DNA of 40,070 bases from Elusimicrobiota bacterium (GCA_037137395.1 JBAXKK010000013.1:1-40070), one strand, 5' to 3'; positions 16,742-26,074 are shown, counted from the first letter of the stretch. Notes: generated by a model from the letters alone, not told the origin. Numbers and translations are program-made.

Positions 16742-16973
16742 AGCAGGCTGCCCGCCAAACGGCCGGCGGGTCCGCCTCTGCGGATAGGCTATCCCAAAAG
16801 CTCGTAAGCCCAGTCCGGCTTTCGCCGGAAAGACGGCAAATCGGGCGGGTGTCCCAACGCACAAGTCAGGATGGAGACTGCGAAGGTTCTGGATACTGGT
16901 TACAGAATGCCAGTCGTTCCCGGATACTGGTTGCCACCCCTTAGAAGAGTCGCCTAAACAACCTGAAGTTACT

Positions 16974-17756
16974 ATGAAACCAAAAAACCAGGCCGCCGGC
17001 TTCTCGCCGCTTTATATTAACGACAACTTGCTGCAGGACGGCAAGGCGGCGGCGCTCCTGAAGTTTTCAAGGATTTTTTTTCCGCAGCTGGGGCCCTCCG
17101 TCCTCGGTCTGCTGATGGACATGGAAGGACATTCCTCCCGCCTCATCGCCGGCATAGAGCCCGCGGAAAGGGACCGGCTGGCGCGGGAATTAGAAGGGGT
17201 AAGCGTGGAACTGCGCTACACGATCCGGGACGGCGGCAAAGAGATGCTGTCGCTTCCCATCACACTATCGCCGGCGGAGGTGCTGACCGGCTCCGCGCTG
17301 GGCCGTCCGGCGCAATGCGTGCCGGAGCTGCAAAAGAAGATGGACGCCCTGCTGTTGTCTTTTCTTGAGAAGGAGCTTGAAAAAAAGGTCCGGGCGACCC
17401 TTGAGAATTTCATGAAAAACCTGCTGGGCAAACCCAAGCTCCCGGCTCTGCTGGAAGAATTACTTGCGCGGGGCCTTGTGAACAAAGACGGCCGGCTGGC
17501 GCCCGGCGCCACGATTCAGGATCTGACTACCGGCAAGTATTCCGGACTGTTCAAGGAAGTTGTTTCTGAGGAACTTATGAATGAGGCCCTGGTCGTTAAA
17601 GATACGATCAAGATCTGCTGTCAGGGCAGGGAAGAGGAGTATCAATCCCTGATAGACAGCGCGCTGCTGGAAAAAGGGGTGCTGGAAATAAGCCTGGAAA
17701 GCATCGGGAGACGGCGCAAGGCGGGCGGGTTGAGGGAAAACAATGACCATAAATAA
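16974..17756 (+). CDS. Hypothetical protein
   Basis: 260-aa ORF overlapping the downstream receiver gene. No recognised motif. Confidence 0.6.
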   Translation: MKPKNQAAGFSPLYINDNLLQDGKAAALLKFSRIFFPQLGPSVLGLLMDMEGHSSRLIAGIEPAERDRLARELEGVSVELRYTIRDGGKEMLSLPITLSPAEVLTGSALGRPAQCVPELQKKMDALLLSFLEKELEKKVRATLENFMKNLLGKPKLPALLEELLARGLVNKDGRLAPGATIQDLTTGKYSGLFKEVVSEELMNEALVVKDTIKICCQGREEEYQSLIDSALLEKGVLEISLESIGRRRKAGGLRENNDHK

Positions 17757-18150
17757 TAAAAAGGGCGGTCCGCCGGAAAAACAAAAAGGCAAAATTCTGG
17801 TTATAGACGATGAAAACGACATTCGCGCCGCCTTTAAAGCGGTGCTTGGCGGCGAGGGGTTCACCGTCATCACGGCGGCAGACGGGGCCGAGGGCGCGCT
17901 GAAAAACACGGAACACAACCCGGATGTGATCATCCTGGACCTTAAAATGCCGAAGATGAGCGGGATGGAAACCCTGAGGCTGATACGGGAAACGGATAAA
18001 GCGGTGCGGGTGATCATCCTGACCGGCTACGGGGAGGCAGGGTCCATCCGGGAGGCGGAGAATCTGGATGTTTTTGAATACGCGAGCAAGCCTTTCAGAA
18101 ACGCCACTATCATAGGCAGCGTGCAGGATGCGCTCGCTGAAGGCCGGTAA
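17743..18150 (+). CDS. Single-domain response regulator (receiver)
   Basis: ILVIDDE, DVIILDLKMP.MSG, IILTG, KPF. Confidence 0.92.
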   Translation: MTINNKKGGPPEKQKGKILVIDDENDIRAAFKAVLGGEGFTVITAADGAEGALKNTEHNPDVIILDLKMPKMSGMETLRLIRETDKAVRVIILTGYGEAGSIREAENLDVFEYASKPFRNATIIGSVQDALAEGR

Positions 18151-18162
18151 AAACATATCGTA

Positions 18163-18597
18163 ATGATTAACTTTGAAATTAACGGCGTTGAATACCGGGC
18201 GGACAAATTGGCGACGCTCAAGCAGTTCCACATATCACGGAAAATAGCGCCGCTGCTTCCAGCGCTGGCGCCTGTATTCCTGAAGCTGGGCGGGCTAGGC
18301 CGCCTAACGGACGATTTATCCTCCACGGTTGAAATTATGACACCGTTCGCCGAGGGTATCGCGGGTATGCCGGATGATACGGTTGAATATATCATCGGCG
18401 CCTGTCTGGCGGTTATTCAGCGCCAACAGCAAGGGGTATGGGCGCCTGTCTGGGACGCCCAGGCCAAGTCCTGCCCGTTTGAGGATATTGATATGGGCGT
18501 AATGATGCGGTTAATCGTTCGCGTCATTCAGGACTCTCTTGGCCCTTCTATTCTAGGGCTGATCGCGGGCAAGCCGGCAAACCCGGAGGGCTCCTGA
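18163..18597 (+). CDS. Phage tail-assembly-chaperone-like protein
   Basis: FEINGVEYRADKL..KQFHISRKIAPLL...EYIIGACL.V.QR...W...FEDIDM..M..L..RVIQDSLG resembles myophage tail chaperones, recognised by eye. Confidence 0.6.
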   Translation: MINFEINGVEYRADKLATLKQFHISRKIAPLLPALAPVFLKLGGLGRLTDDLSSTVEIMTPFAEGIAGMPDDTVEYIIGACLAVIQRQQQGVWAPVWDAQAKSCPFEDIDMGVMMRLIVRVIQDSLGPSILGLIAGKPANPEGS

Positions 18598-18653
18598 TTT
18601 TCGGGAGTATGGGCGGGGTCGGAATGCGCACCAGCCCCGATACATTGCGGAGT

Positions 18654-18662
18654 TGATATAAT
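18654..18662 (+). promoter_or_regulatory. Extended -10 promoter element (TGnTATAAT)
   Basis: tgatataat ending 39 nt upstream of the ATG at 18701. Confidence 0.45.
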
Positions 18663-18700
18663 ATGTTTACGGCGCTGACGGGCGCTTTACCGGTATAAAT

Positions 18701-19468
18701 ATGAAAACATTAACATTGGTCGCGGCGGTATGCCTGCTGTCAATTCTAAGCTCTAAATCCCGGGCGGCGGAAGAAACTCCGTCCGGACTTGCCTGCTCTT
18801 CAGAACTGGACATTGTCTCCAAGTATGTCTGGCGGGGCATCCCCCAGTCCCCTGCCGCGAACGAAGCCTATCAACCCTCGGTCACTGTGTCCAAATACGG
18901 CTTTACGGCGAACGCCTGGCTCAATTACAGCGTTGATATGCCCCAGCGGGATAAATTCAGCGAGTTCGACCTCACACTCAGCTATGAACGGAAACTTAAT
19001 GACTTATCCGTTTCTCCCGGGTTCGCGCTCTACACTTTCCCGGATCTAGATTCTTACGGCGAAGCGTACATGAAGCTGTCTCACCCAATCGGTTTTTTTA
19101 AAGTTATGACTGATCATTATTTTTCCATGTTAAGAAGCGATATCGCCGGGGGCTATTACGGGGACGCCGGACTGGGATACGAAAAGCCGCTTGCCGGTGA
19201 TTCCTTGTGGACAAGTTCGGCTTTGCTCGGCTGGGGTAACTCCGCATTTAACTCAGTTAATTACAATACGCCCGGCCCGGCAAACCGGTTCAATGTTCTG
19301 GTCCTGGATACCGCGGTATCCTTCAAGCTCGGCGATAACGGCCTTGTCAGGCCGCATTTAACCTACTACGCTACTTTACCCGGCAGACTCCGCGGGGGGA
19401 TCAGGGAGGCGGGGAACGCGCCTAACAGCCTGGTAATCGGCATAGCTGTGGACTACAATTTCTTATAG
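18701..19468 (+). CDS. Outer-membrane beta-barrel protein (TorF/Gcw_chp/MipA-like)
   Basis: Signal peptide, SKYVWRG...AYQPSV, EFDLTLSY, alternating aromatic strands and an aromatic C-terminus (DYNFL). Confidence 0.7.
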   Translation: MKTLTLVAAVCLLSILSSKSRAAEETPSGLACSSELDIVSKYVWRGIPQSPAANEAYQPSVTVSKYGFTANAWLNYSVDMPQRDKFSEFDLTLSYERKLNDLSVSPGFALYTFPDLDSYGEAYMKLSHPIGFFKVMTDHYFSMLRSDIAGGYYGDAGLGYEKPLAGDSLWTSSALLGWGNSAFNSVNYNTPGPANRFNVLVLDTAVSFKLGDNGLVRPHLTYYATLPGRLRGGIREAGNAPNSLVIGIAVDYNFL

Positions 19469-19477
19469 GAACTTCCA

Positions 19478-21634
19478 ATGGACGATAACCAAACGGGGTT
19501 AAATAAAAGGCGCGGCTGGTTGACGGCCGGCATGAGCGCGGCGGCGCTCGCCGCCGGCGTATTGCTTGTCTGGTGGATGATCGCATGGGCGGACCACGGG
19601 CTGCGCGCTGAACTGCTGCTGGAGACGCGGCTGGTAGCGCGGGCGGTGAACATAGATAGAGTCAAGACGCTCACCGGTACAGACGCTGACCTTAAAAGCC
19701 CTGATTATATACGGCTTAAAGAGCAGTTTGCCGCTGTTCTTCCGGCTAACCCCAAATGCTGGTTTATTTATCTCCTGGGCCGCAGGGCGGACGGGACGGT
19801 TTTTTTCTTCGTTGACAGCGAACCGGCGGGGTCAAAAGATTATTCCCCGCCAGGCGAGATCTACGCGGATATTTCGGCGGAGGACCGCCGCGTGGTAGAC
19901 ACCGGGGCGGATGCCGTCACTGGGCCGGCCTCCGACCGCTGGGGCGAGTGGATATCGGGGCTGGTTTCGATTTATGACCCGCGCACCGGCGCCGTAGCAG
20001 CCGTGCTGGGCATGGATATTGACGCCAGCGACTGGCAATGGGCTGTGGCCGCCAGAGCCGCGCTGCCGGCCGGGCTGCTGCTGGCGTTCGGACTGGCGCT
20101 ATTTATGATCCGTATGCGCGTCAAGGCGCGCCAGGCGGCCGGGCTGCTGACCGCCGAGCTGCGCGAGATTTCGGAGACGCACCGCCGCCTGATCGAGAAC
20201 AGCCACGACATTATTTATCTTCTTACCGCTGACGGGATATTCACCTTTGTCTCACCCGCCTGGACAACCCTGCTGGGGCATCCTGTAAACCAGGTTGTCG
20301 GGCAGCCATTCCAAAAATTCGTTCATCCCGATGATCTCCCGGGCTGTATGGTATTTTTACGAAAAATAGTGGAAACAGGGCAAAGGCAGAGCGGCGTGGA
20401 ATACCGCGTTAAGCACCTCAACGGGGAATGGCTCTGGCACACCTCAAGTGGTGTTCCGTTAAGGAATGATACCGGCGCGGTAATCGGTTTTGAAGGCATC
20501 GCCCGGGACATCACCAAGCGCAAGAAGGCGGAGCTGGCGCTGAAAGAAGCAGCGACCCGCCTGTCATTGGCCGTGCGCGCCGGCGGCGTGGGTGTATGGG
20601 ACTACGATATTATTAACAATATCCTTCTGTGGGACGACCAGATGTACGCGCTTTACGGCATTAAAAAAGATGATTTTAAGGGCGCGTACGAGTCGTGGAA
20701 GGCGGGGTTGCACCCTGACGATCTGGAACGGAGCGACGCGGAAGTCCAGATGGCTATACGGAGCGAAAAAGAATTTAACTCTGAATTCCGCGTTGTCTGG
20801 CCCGACGGCTCAATCCACCATATCAGAGCCCTTGCTATTGTTCAGCGCGACGATTCGGGCGCGCCGCAGCGCCTGGTCGGCACTAATTGGGATATAACCG
20901 AACACAAAGCGATGGAAAGACAAATTGCGGAGGCAGAGAAACTGGACGCCATAGGTTATTTTATCACCGGCACCGCGCATGAACTCAACAATCCGCTCGC
21001 CACTATGATCTCATTCTCCGAGACTATGCTGGGGAAATTGAAGGGCGCGAAGGGGGACGCGGGCAAATTGCGGGAATCGGCCGAGATCGTGCTGCGCAAC
21101 GCGATCCGCTGCGAAGCTATCGTTACCAGCCTTATGTCATACGGCAGGACGCAGGCGTCGCAATTTATATTGTTGGATGTCAATGAGGTGATAGATAAGT
21201 CCCTGACCCTCGCCGAGAGCTATTGCCGCCTGGAGGGAATAAATATCCATAAGGGTTATTCGGCCGGTCTGCCGCCGGTAACGGGCAACAAAGAACAACT
21301 GACGCAGGTGTTCACTAATATCATCCGTAACGCCGTTCAGGCCATGAAGAGCCGCGGGGAACTACGAATTGAAACAAAAGCCGAAGGTAAAACCGTGAGC
21401 GTAGTATTCACTGATTCTGGTGAGGGCATAGCCCCGGACAAGTTGCCCAAGCTCTTTTATCCCTTTTTTACCACGCGCGAGCCGGGGCAGGGCACGGGAC
21501 TCGGGCTCTCTGTCTCCGCCGGCATCATAAGGGCGCATAACGGCAAAATAACGGCGGCAAGCCCCGGCAAGGGAAAAGGGGCCTCATTCACGGTGAGCCT
21601 GCCGATCACCGCGGAGGATGTGAAGCATGGCTGA
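19478..21634 (+). CDS. Membrane-bound sensor histidine kinase (periplasmic domain plus two PAS domains)
   Basis: Two hydrophobic segments flank a sensor domain (DRWGEWISG), then PAS_3-like domains (VHPDD, LHPDD). The kinase core is identical to that of 14218. Confidence 0.93.
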   Translation: MDDNQTGLNKRRGWLTAGMSAAALAAGVLLVWWMIAWADHGLRAELLLETRLVARAVNIDRVKTLTGTDADLKSPDYIRLKEQFAAVLPANPKCWFIYLLGRRADGTVFFFVDSEPAGSKDYSPPGEIYADISAEDRRVVDTGADAVTGPASDRWGEWISGLVSIYDPRTGAVAAVLGMDIDASDWQWAVAARAALPAGLLLAFGLALFMIRMRVKARQAAGLLTAELREISETHRRLIENSHDIIYLLTADGIFTFVSPAWTTLLGHPVNQVVGQPFQKFVHPDDLPGCMVFLRKIVETGQRQSGVEYRVKHLNGEWLWHTSSGVPLRNDTGAVIGFEGIARDITKRKKAELALKEAATRLSLAVRAGGVGVWDYDIINNILLWDDQMYALYGIKKDDFKGAYESWKAGLHPDDLERSDAEVQMAIRSEKEFNSEFRVVWPDGSIHHIRALAIVQRDDSGAPQRLVGTNWDITEHKAMERQIAEAEKLDAIGYFITGTAHELNNPLATMISFSETMLGKLKGAKGDAGKLRESAEIVLRNAIRCEAIVTSLMSYGRTQASQFILLDVNEVIDKSLTLAESYCRLEGINIHKGYSAGLPPVTGNKEQLTQVFTNIIRNAVQAMKSRGELRIETKAEGKTVSVVFTDSGEGIAPDKLPKLFYPFFTTREPGQGTGLGLSVSAGIIRAHNGKITAASPGKGKGASFTVSLPITAEDVKHG

Positions 21635-22256
21635 AACTAAAGGATTGATTTATGTGCCTATCCTGCACACCCAGCGCGAGGCCGCAGCTATAGGCGGCGC
21701 CATAAAAGACTGCGCGCCCGCCGACGGCAAAAATACCCGGCCGCCGGAGCGGCAGGAATCCATCACGGATATGTGGGGCGGCATAGCGTGCAAGCTTACT
21801 GAGACCAATATCCCGTGCCGGTCCTTCCGGATATACCAGGACGCGCTGCCGGTGTGCGGCATGGAGCGGTCCATAGTGGAGAAGCTGGCCGCCAAGGACA
21901 GCCCCAATCACCGGCTGGTCCTGGAACTGCTGGGCAGGGACGCGCGCCTTGAAGGGACCGAAGACCCGGATCTGCTGGTGGCGGAATACGACGCCCTGAG
22001 CAAGCTGCTGCAAGGTACAGGGCTAAAAGACGATCCCGCCGCTTTAGCGCTGTACAGGGCTGAAAGCAACCGGTTGATGGAGAAGCGGGACGCTTTTATA
22101 GCCGGAAGGATCCGCTCCACCATCCGGCCGGGCGAGACGCCGCTGGTGTTTATGGGCGTGCGCCATAAGCTTGAAAAGCTGCTTGAGGCCGATTTTGTCG
22201 TGGCTTACATCATCTACAGGCTGCCGTTTAAAAAGGTCCGGGATATTTATACATAA
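21627..22256 (+). CDS. Uncharacterised TraB/Tiki-like protein (identical to 16112)
   Basis: Identical translation to 16112..16741. Confidence 0.65.
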   Translation: MAETKGLIYVPILHTQREAAAIGGAIKDCAPADGKNTRPPERQESITDMWGGIACKLTETNIPCRSFRIYQDALPVCGMERSIVEKLAAKDSPNHRLVLELLGRDARLEGTEDPDLLVAEYDALSKLLQGTGLKDDPAALALYRAESNRLMEKRDAFIAGRIRSTIRPGETPLVFMGVRHKLEKLLEADFVVAYIIYRLPFKKVRDIYT

Positions 22257-22488
22257 AGCAGGCTGCCCGCCAAACGGCCGGCGGGTCCGCCTCTGCGGAT
22301 AGGCTATCCCAAAAGCTCGTAAGCCCAGTCCGGCTTTCGCCGGAAAGACGGCAAATCGGGCGGGTGTCCCAACGCACAAGTCAGGATGGAGACTGCGAAG
22401 GTTCTGGATACTGGTTACAGAATGCCAGTCGTTCCCGGATACTGGTTGCCACCCCTTAGAAGAGTCGCCTAAACAACCTGAAGTTACT

Positions 22489-23271
22489 ATGAAACCAAAA
22501 AACCAGGCCGCCGGCTTCTCGCCGCTTTATATTAACGACAACTTGCTGCAGGACGGCAAGGCGGCGGCGCTCCTGAAGTTTTCAAGGATTTTTTTTCCGC
22601 AGCTGGGGCCCTCCGTCCTCGGTCTGCTGATGGACATGGAAGGACATTCCTCCCGCCTCATCGCCGGCATAGAGCCCGCGGAAAGGGACCGGCTGGCGCG
22701 GGAATTAGAAGGGGTAAGCGTGGAACTGCGCTACACGATCCGGGACGGCGGCAAAGAGATGCTGTCGCTTCCCATCACACTATCGCCGGCGGAGGTGCTG
22801 ACCGGCTCCGCGCTGGGCCGTCCGGCGCAATGCGTGCCGGAGCTGCAAAAGAAGATGGACGCCCTGCTGTTGTCTTTTCTTGAGAAGGAGCTTGAAAAAA
22901 AGGTCCGGGCGACCCTTGAGAATTTCATGAAAAACCTGCTGGGCAAACCCAAGCTCCCGGCTCTGCTGGAAGAATTACTTGCGCGGGGCCTTGTGAACAA
23001 AGACGGCCGGCTGGCGCCCGGCGCCACGATTCAGGATCTGACTACCGGCAAGTATTCCGGACTGTTCAAGGAAGTTGTTTCTGAGGAACTTATGAATGAG
23101 GCCCTGGTCGTTAAAGATACGATCAAGATCTGCTGTCAGGGCAGGGAAGAGGAGTATCAATCCCTGATAGACAGCGCGCTGCTGGAAAAAGGGGTGCTGG
23201 AAATAAGCCTGGAAAGCATCGGGAGACGGCGCAAGGCGGGCGGGTTGAGGGAAAACAATGACCATAAATAA
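22489..23271 (+). CDS. Hypothetical protein (identical to 16974)
   Basis: Identical translation to 16974..17756. Confidence 0.6.
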   Translation: MKPKNQAAGFSPLYINDNLLQDGKAAALLKFSRIFFPQLGPSVLGLLMDMEGHSSRLIAGIEPAERDRLARELEGVSVELRYTIRDGGKEMLSLPITLSPAEVLTGSALGRPAQCVPELQKKMDALLLSFLEKELEKKVRATLENFMKNLLGKPKLPALLEELLARGLVNKDGRLAPGATIQDLTTGKYSGLFKEVVSEELMNEALVVKDTIKICCQGREEEYQSLIDSALLEKGVLEISLESIGRRRKAGGLRENNDHK

Positions 23272-23662
23272 TAAAAAGGGCGGTCCGCCGGAAAAACAAA
23301 AAGGCAAAATTCTGGTTATAGACGATGAAAACGACATTCGCGCCGCCTTTAAAGCGGTGCTTGGCGGCGAGGGGTTCACCGTCATCACGGCGGCAGACGG
23401 GGCCGAGGGCGCGCTGAAAAACACGGAACACAACCCGGATGTGATCATCCTGGACCTTAAAATGCCGAAGATGAGCGGGATGGAAACCCTGAGGCTGATA
23501 CGGGAAACGGATAAAGCGGTGCGGGTGATCATCCTGACAGGCTACGGAGAGGCCGGGTCCATACGGGAGGCGGAGAATCTGGGCGTCTTTGAATACGCGA
23601 GCAAGCCTTTCAGGAACGCCACTATCATAGACACCGTGAAAGAGGCGCTTACAGGCCGGTGA
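23258..23662 (+). CDS. Single-domain response regulator (receiver)
   Basis: Same motifs as 17743; differs only in the C-terminal part. Confidence 0.92.
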   Translation: MTINNKKGGPPEKQKGKILVIDDENDIRAAFKAVLGGEGFTVITAADGAEGALKNTEHNPDVIILDLKMPKMSGMETLRLIRETDKAVRVIILTGYGEAGSIREAENLGVFEYASKPFRNATIIDTVKEALTGR

Positions 23663-23669
23663 GCTTTTT

Positions 23670-25190
23670 ATGCCAGATGACTTTCAAAATAATATTTCCG
23701 CCGCGCTGAACCTGGAGGAAGCGCGCCGACAGCTGGAAGAGCTTGAGGGGCGACTGTTGGTCAGCGAGGAGCGTTTCCGGACGCTGGTTGAAGCCACCAC
23801 CGACTGGATCTGGGAAACTGACGCGAATTTTGTCTGCACTTATTCTAACCCTAAGATTTTAGAAGTGTCGGGGTATACTCCGGAGGAAGTGCTTGGCTCG
23901 GCGCCGCTTGACCTGATTCTTATGAAAGGAACGCGCTTTTCGCGCGACGAATTCAACGCCGCCCGCGGAACAGGCCGGCCCTTTAATCAGATCGAACTCA
24001 ACTGCCGGCACAAAAACGGCCGCCATATTGTCCTGGAGATAAGCGGTGTTCCCATCCTGTCGGACAACGGGATTCCACGGGGCTGGCGCGGCATCGCCCG
24101 CGACATCACCAGGAAGGCGGAAGGGGCGCGGTTGCAGCAGACACTGGAAGAGATAATCAACCAGAATGACACGCTGGTTGTCGTCTGGGGGATAGACACC
24201 GACCAATGGCCGGTTGAATTTATTTCAGGAAATGTCACCAGTATCCTCGGTTACTCAAGCGACGACTTCCTGTCAGGCCGGGTTTCATGGCCTGGGATCA
24301 CCCACCCCGATGACAATCCCCGGCTTGAACTGGAAACCACCCGGCATCTTAAACAAGGGGACCGGAAATGGTCTCAGGAATACCGCCTGATAACAAAATC
24401 AGGGGGGATTAAATGGTTCAGAGATAACAACATCGCCTTTACAAGCACGACCGGCCAAATCACAAATATTCAGGCGGTTATTCACGACATCACCGAGCGC
24501 AAAAAGATTGAGGAAGAACGCAAGCTGATCGACAATAGGATCCGGCAGGCGCAGGAAGACGAGCAGAAAAAAGTCGCCGGCGCTATTCACGATATTTCAG
24601 GGTCCATGCTGGTGGGCCTTTCGTCTTCATTGCTGCTTGTTGAAGAAGAATTAAAACGCGGCGGCGTAAACAACGCCATAGGAAAATTGCATCAAACAAG
24701 AACTCTGGTTAAAAATATGGTGGAAATGATGAAGAATGTTTCCGCTGACATCTGGCCGCCCAACCTTGAGATCGCCGGACTTTCAGGCGCGCTGGCGGCG
24801 TTTTTCACCCAGGTTGGCAGCTACTCCAAAATTAAAATTTCCCACTATATCAATATACCGGATGACTGGGAAAAATACCACGCGCGGGCCGGGATAGTCG
24901 TCTACAGACTGGCGCAGGAAACCCTGAGCAACGCGATAAAACATTCCGGCGCCAAAAACCTTAAAGTGGTTATAAATTGTGACAATGACATATTAAAGTT
25001 TTCCATCAATGATGACGGCTGTGGTTTTGAGATTGATAAAGTGAGAAGTGAAAGCTGTTACGGCCTGGAAATTATGAGGGAGCAGGTTAAATCTATCGGC
25101 GGCAGTATCCTGATCACCTCAAAACCGGGGCGCGGGACCGCTATTGAAGCCGAATTCCCGCCGCCTGTAAACGCCGGGGGGGGGGGGTAA
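23670..25190 (+). CDS. PAS-PAS sensor histidine kinase, HisKA_3 (NarX/UhpB-like)
   Basis: Two PAS domains, QEDEQKKVAGAIHD, YRLAQETLSNAIKHS, DDGCGF, YGLEIMREQ, GRGT. Confidence 0.92.
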   Translation: MPDDFQNNISAALNLEEARRQLEELEGRLLVSEERFRTLVEATTDWIWETDANFVCTYSNPKILEVSGYTPEEVLGSAPLDLILMKGTRFSRDEFNAARGTGRPFNQIELNCRHKNGRHIVLEISGVPILSDNGIPRGWRGIARDITRKAEGARLQQTLEEIINQNDTLVVVWGIDTDQWPVEFISGNVTSILGYSSDDFLSGRVSWPGITHPDDNPRLELETTRHLKQGDRKWSQEYRLITKSGGIKWFRDNNIAFTSTTGQITNIQAVIHDITERKKIEEERKLIDNRIRQAQEDEQKKVAGAIHDISGSMLVGLSSSLLLVEEELKRGGVNNAIGKLHQTRTLVKNMVEMMKNVSADIWPPNLEIAGLSGALAAFFTQVGSYSKIKISHYINIPDDWEKYHARAGIVVYRLAQETLSNAIKHSGAKNLKVVINCDNDILKFSINDDGCGFEIDKVRSESCYGLEIMREQVKSIGGSILITSKPGRGTAIEAEFPPPVNAGGGG

Positions 25191-25192
25191 GC

Positions 25193-25843
25193 ATGGCCAT
25201 TAGGGTAATCCTTGTTGATGACCACGCCATCGTTATAGAAGGCCTCAGGGCGGTGCTGAAAAATACCGCCAGTGATATCCTCGTAGTCGGAGAGGCTTCC
25301 AACGGAAATCAGGCGCTGAAAATGGCGTTGACGATTCCGGCCGACATCTTCGTGCTTGATATCACTATGCCGGGCTTAAACGGCCTGGAAACCATGGAAC
25401 GGCTGATCCATAAAGATAAAAAAGCTAAAGCTATAATTCTCAGCATGCACGATGACGCGGCCACGATAAGAAAGGCGTTTTCAGCCGGCGCGCGCGGCTA
25501 TTTGGTTAAAGAGAGCGCGCCGGAGGATATTGTTAAAGCTCTGCGCACGGTTTATAAGGGCCAGTATTACTTAAGCCCCTCCGTGACCAATGTGGAATTG
25601 TCCGATATGATTAGCGCTGCATCGGGTGAGCTGGAAATGCGAAATACCGGGCTTACCTCTAAGGAAAGAGAGCTTATTCAGATGATAGCGGAAGGCCTGG
25701 GGAACAAGCAGATCGCCTATAAATTAAAAATATCAATAAATACCGTAAAAGTCCACAGGCATAATATCTCGCTAAAATTAAACATTCACAAGCAGACCGA
25801 TCTGGTGCGCTACGCCATAAAAGAAGGAATCGCAAAAGCGTGA
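25193..25843 (+). CDS. NarL/FixJ-family response regulator (REC plus LuxR HTH)
   Basis: ILVDDH, LDITMP, LSMH, GYLVK, LTSKERE..GLGNKQIA..L.IS.NTV.VHR. Confidence 0.95.
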   Translation: MAIRVILVDDHAIVIEGLRAVLKNTASDILVVGEASNGNQALKMALTIPADIFVLDITMPGLNGLETMERLIHKDKKAKAIILSMHDDAATIRKAFSAGARGYLVKESAPEDIVKALRTVYKGQYYLSPSVTNVELSDMISAASGELEMRNTGLTSKERELIQMIAEGLGNKQIAYKLKISINTVKVHRHNISLKLNIHKQTDLVRYAIKEGIAKA

Positions 25844-25870
25844 CACATACAACCTGAGGAGATAACCAAG

Positions 25871-26074
25871 ATGAAAAAAATACTGTTGTTCGCGCTGCCT
25901 TTCGCGGCGTTTATGCTCGCGGTTGGCTGCAAAAAGCCGGAAGCCATTGCGGCCCCGGTACAGCCGGTCGCTGCCGCCCCGGTGCAGCCAGTCGCCGCCG
26001 CGGCGCTGCCCGCTGCAAAGCCTGTTGAGCAGAAGTCGGCCGCAGTCAAACCGGCAGCTAAGAAGGGTAAATAA
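25871..26074 (+). CDS. Small Ala/Pro-rich lipoprotein
   Basis: MKK plus a hydrophobic core and lipobox LAVG-C. Tandem APVQPVAA repeat. GAGG RBS. Confidence 0.75.
   Translation: MKKILLFALPFAAFMLAVGCKKPEAIAAPVQPVAAAPVQPVAAAALPAAKPVEQKSAAVKPAAKKGK

Larger units (their letters stand above)
15449..18023 (+). repeat. 2575-bp direct repeat, copy 1
   Basis: Matches 20964-23538 at offset 5515. ORF translations are identical and DNA spot-checks agree. Confidence 0.95.
20964..23538 (+). repeat. 2575-bp direct repeat, copy 2
   Basis: Matches 15449-18023. Confidence 0.95.

Noticed and set aside
16830..16937. Possible c-di-GMP-I (GEMM) riboswitch (ggcaaa...ttgcc)
   Set aside because: It lacks the GNRA-capped stem and a proper GACGCAAA/receptor arrangement. 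An Rfam scan would settle it.
17086..18573. Shared peptide LGPS(V/I)LGL(L/I) in ORFs 16974 and 18163
   Set aside because: Only nine residues, different codons and no surrounding similarity, so probably coincidence.
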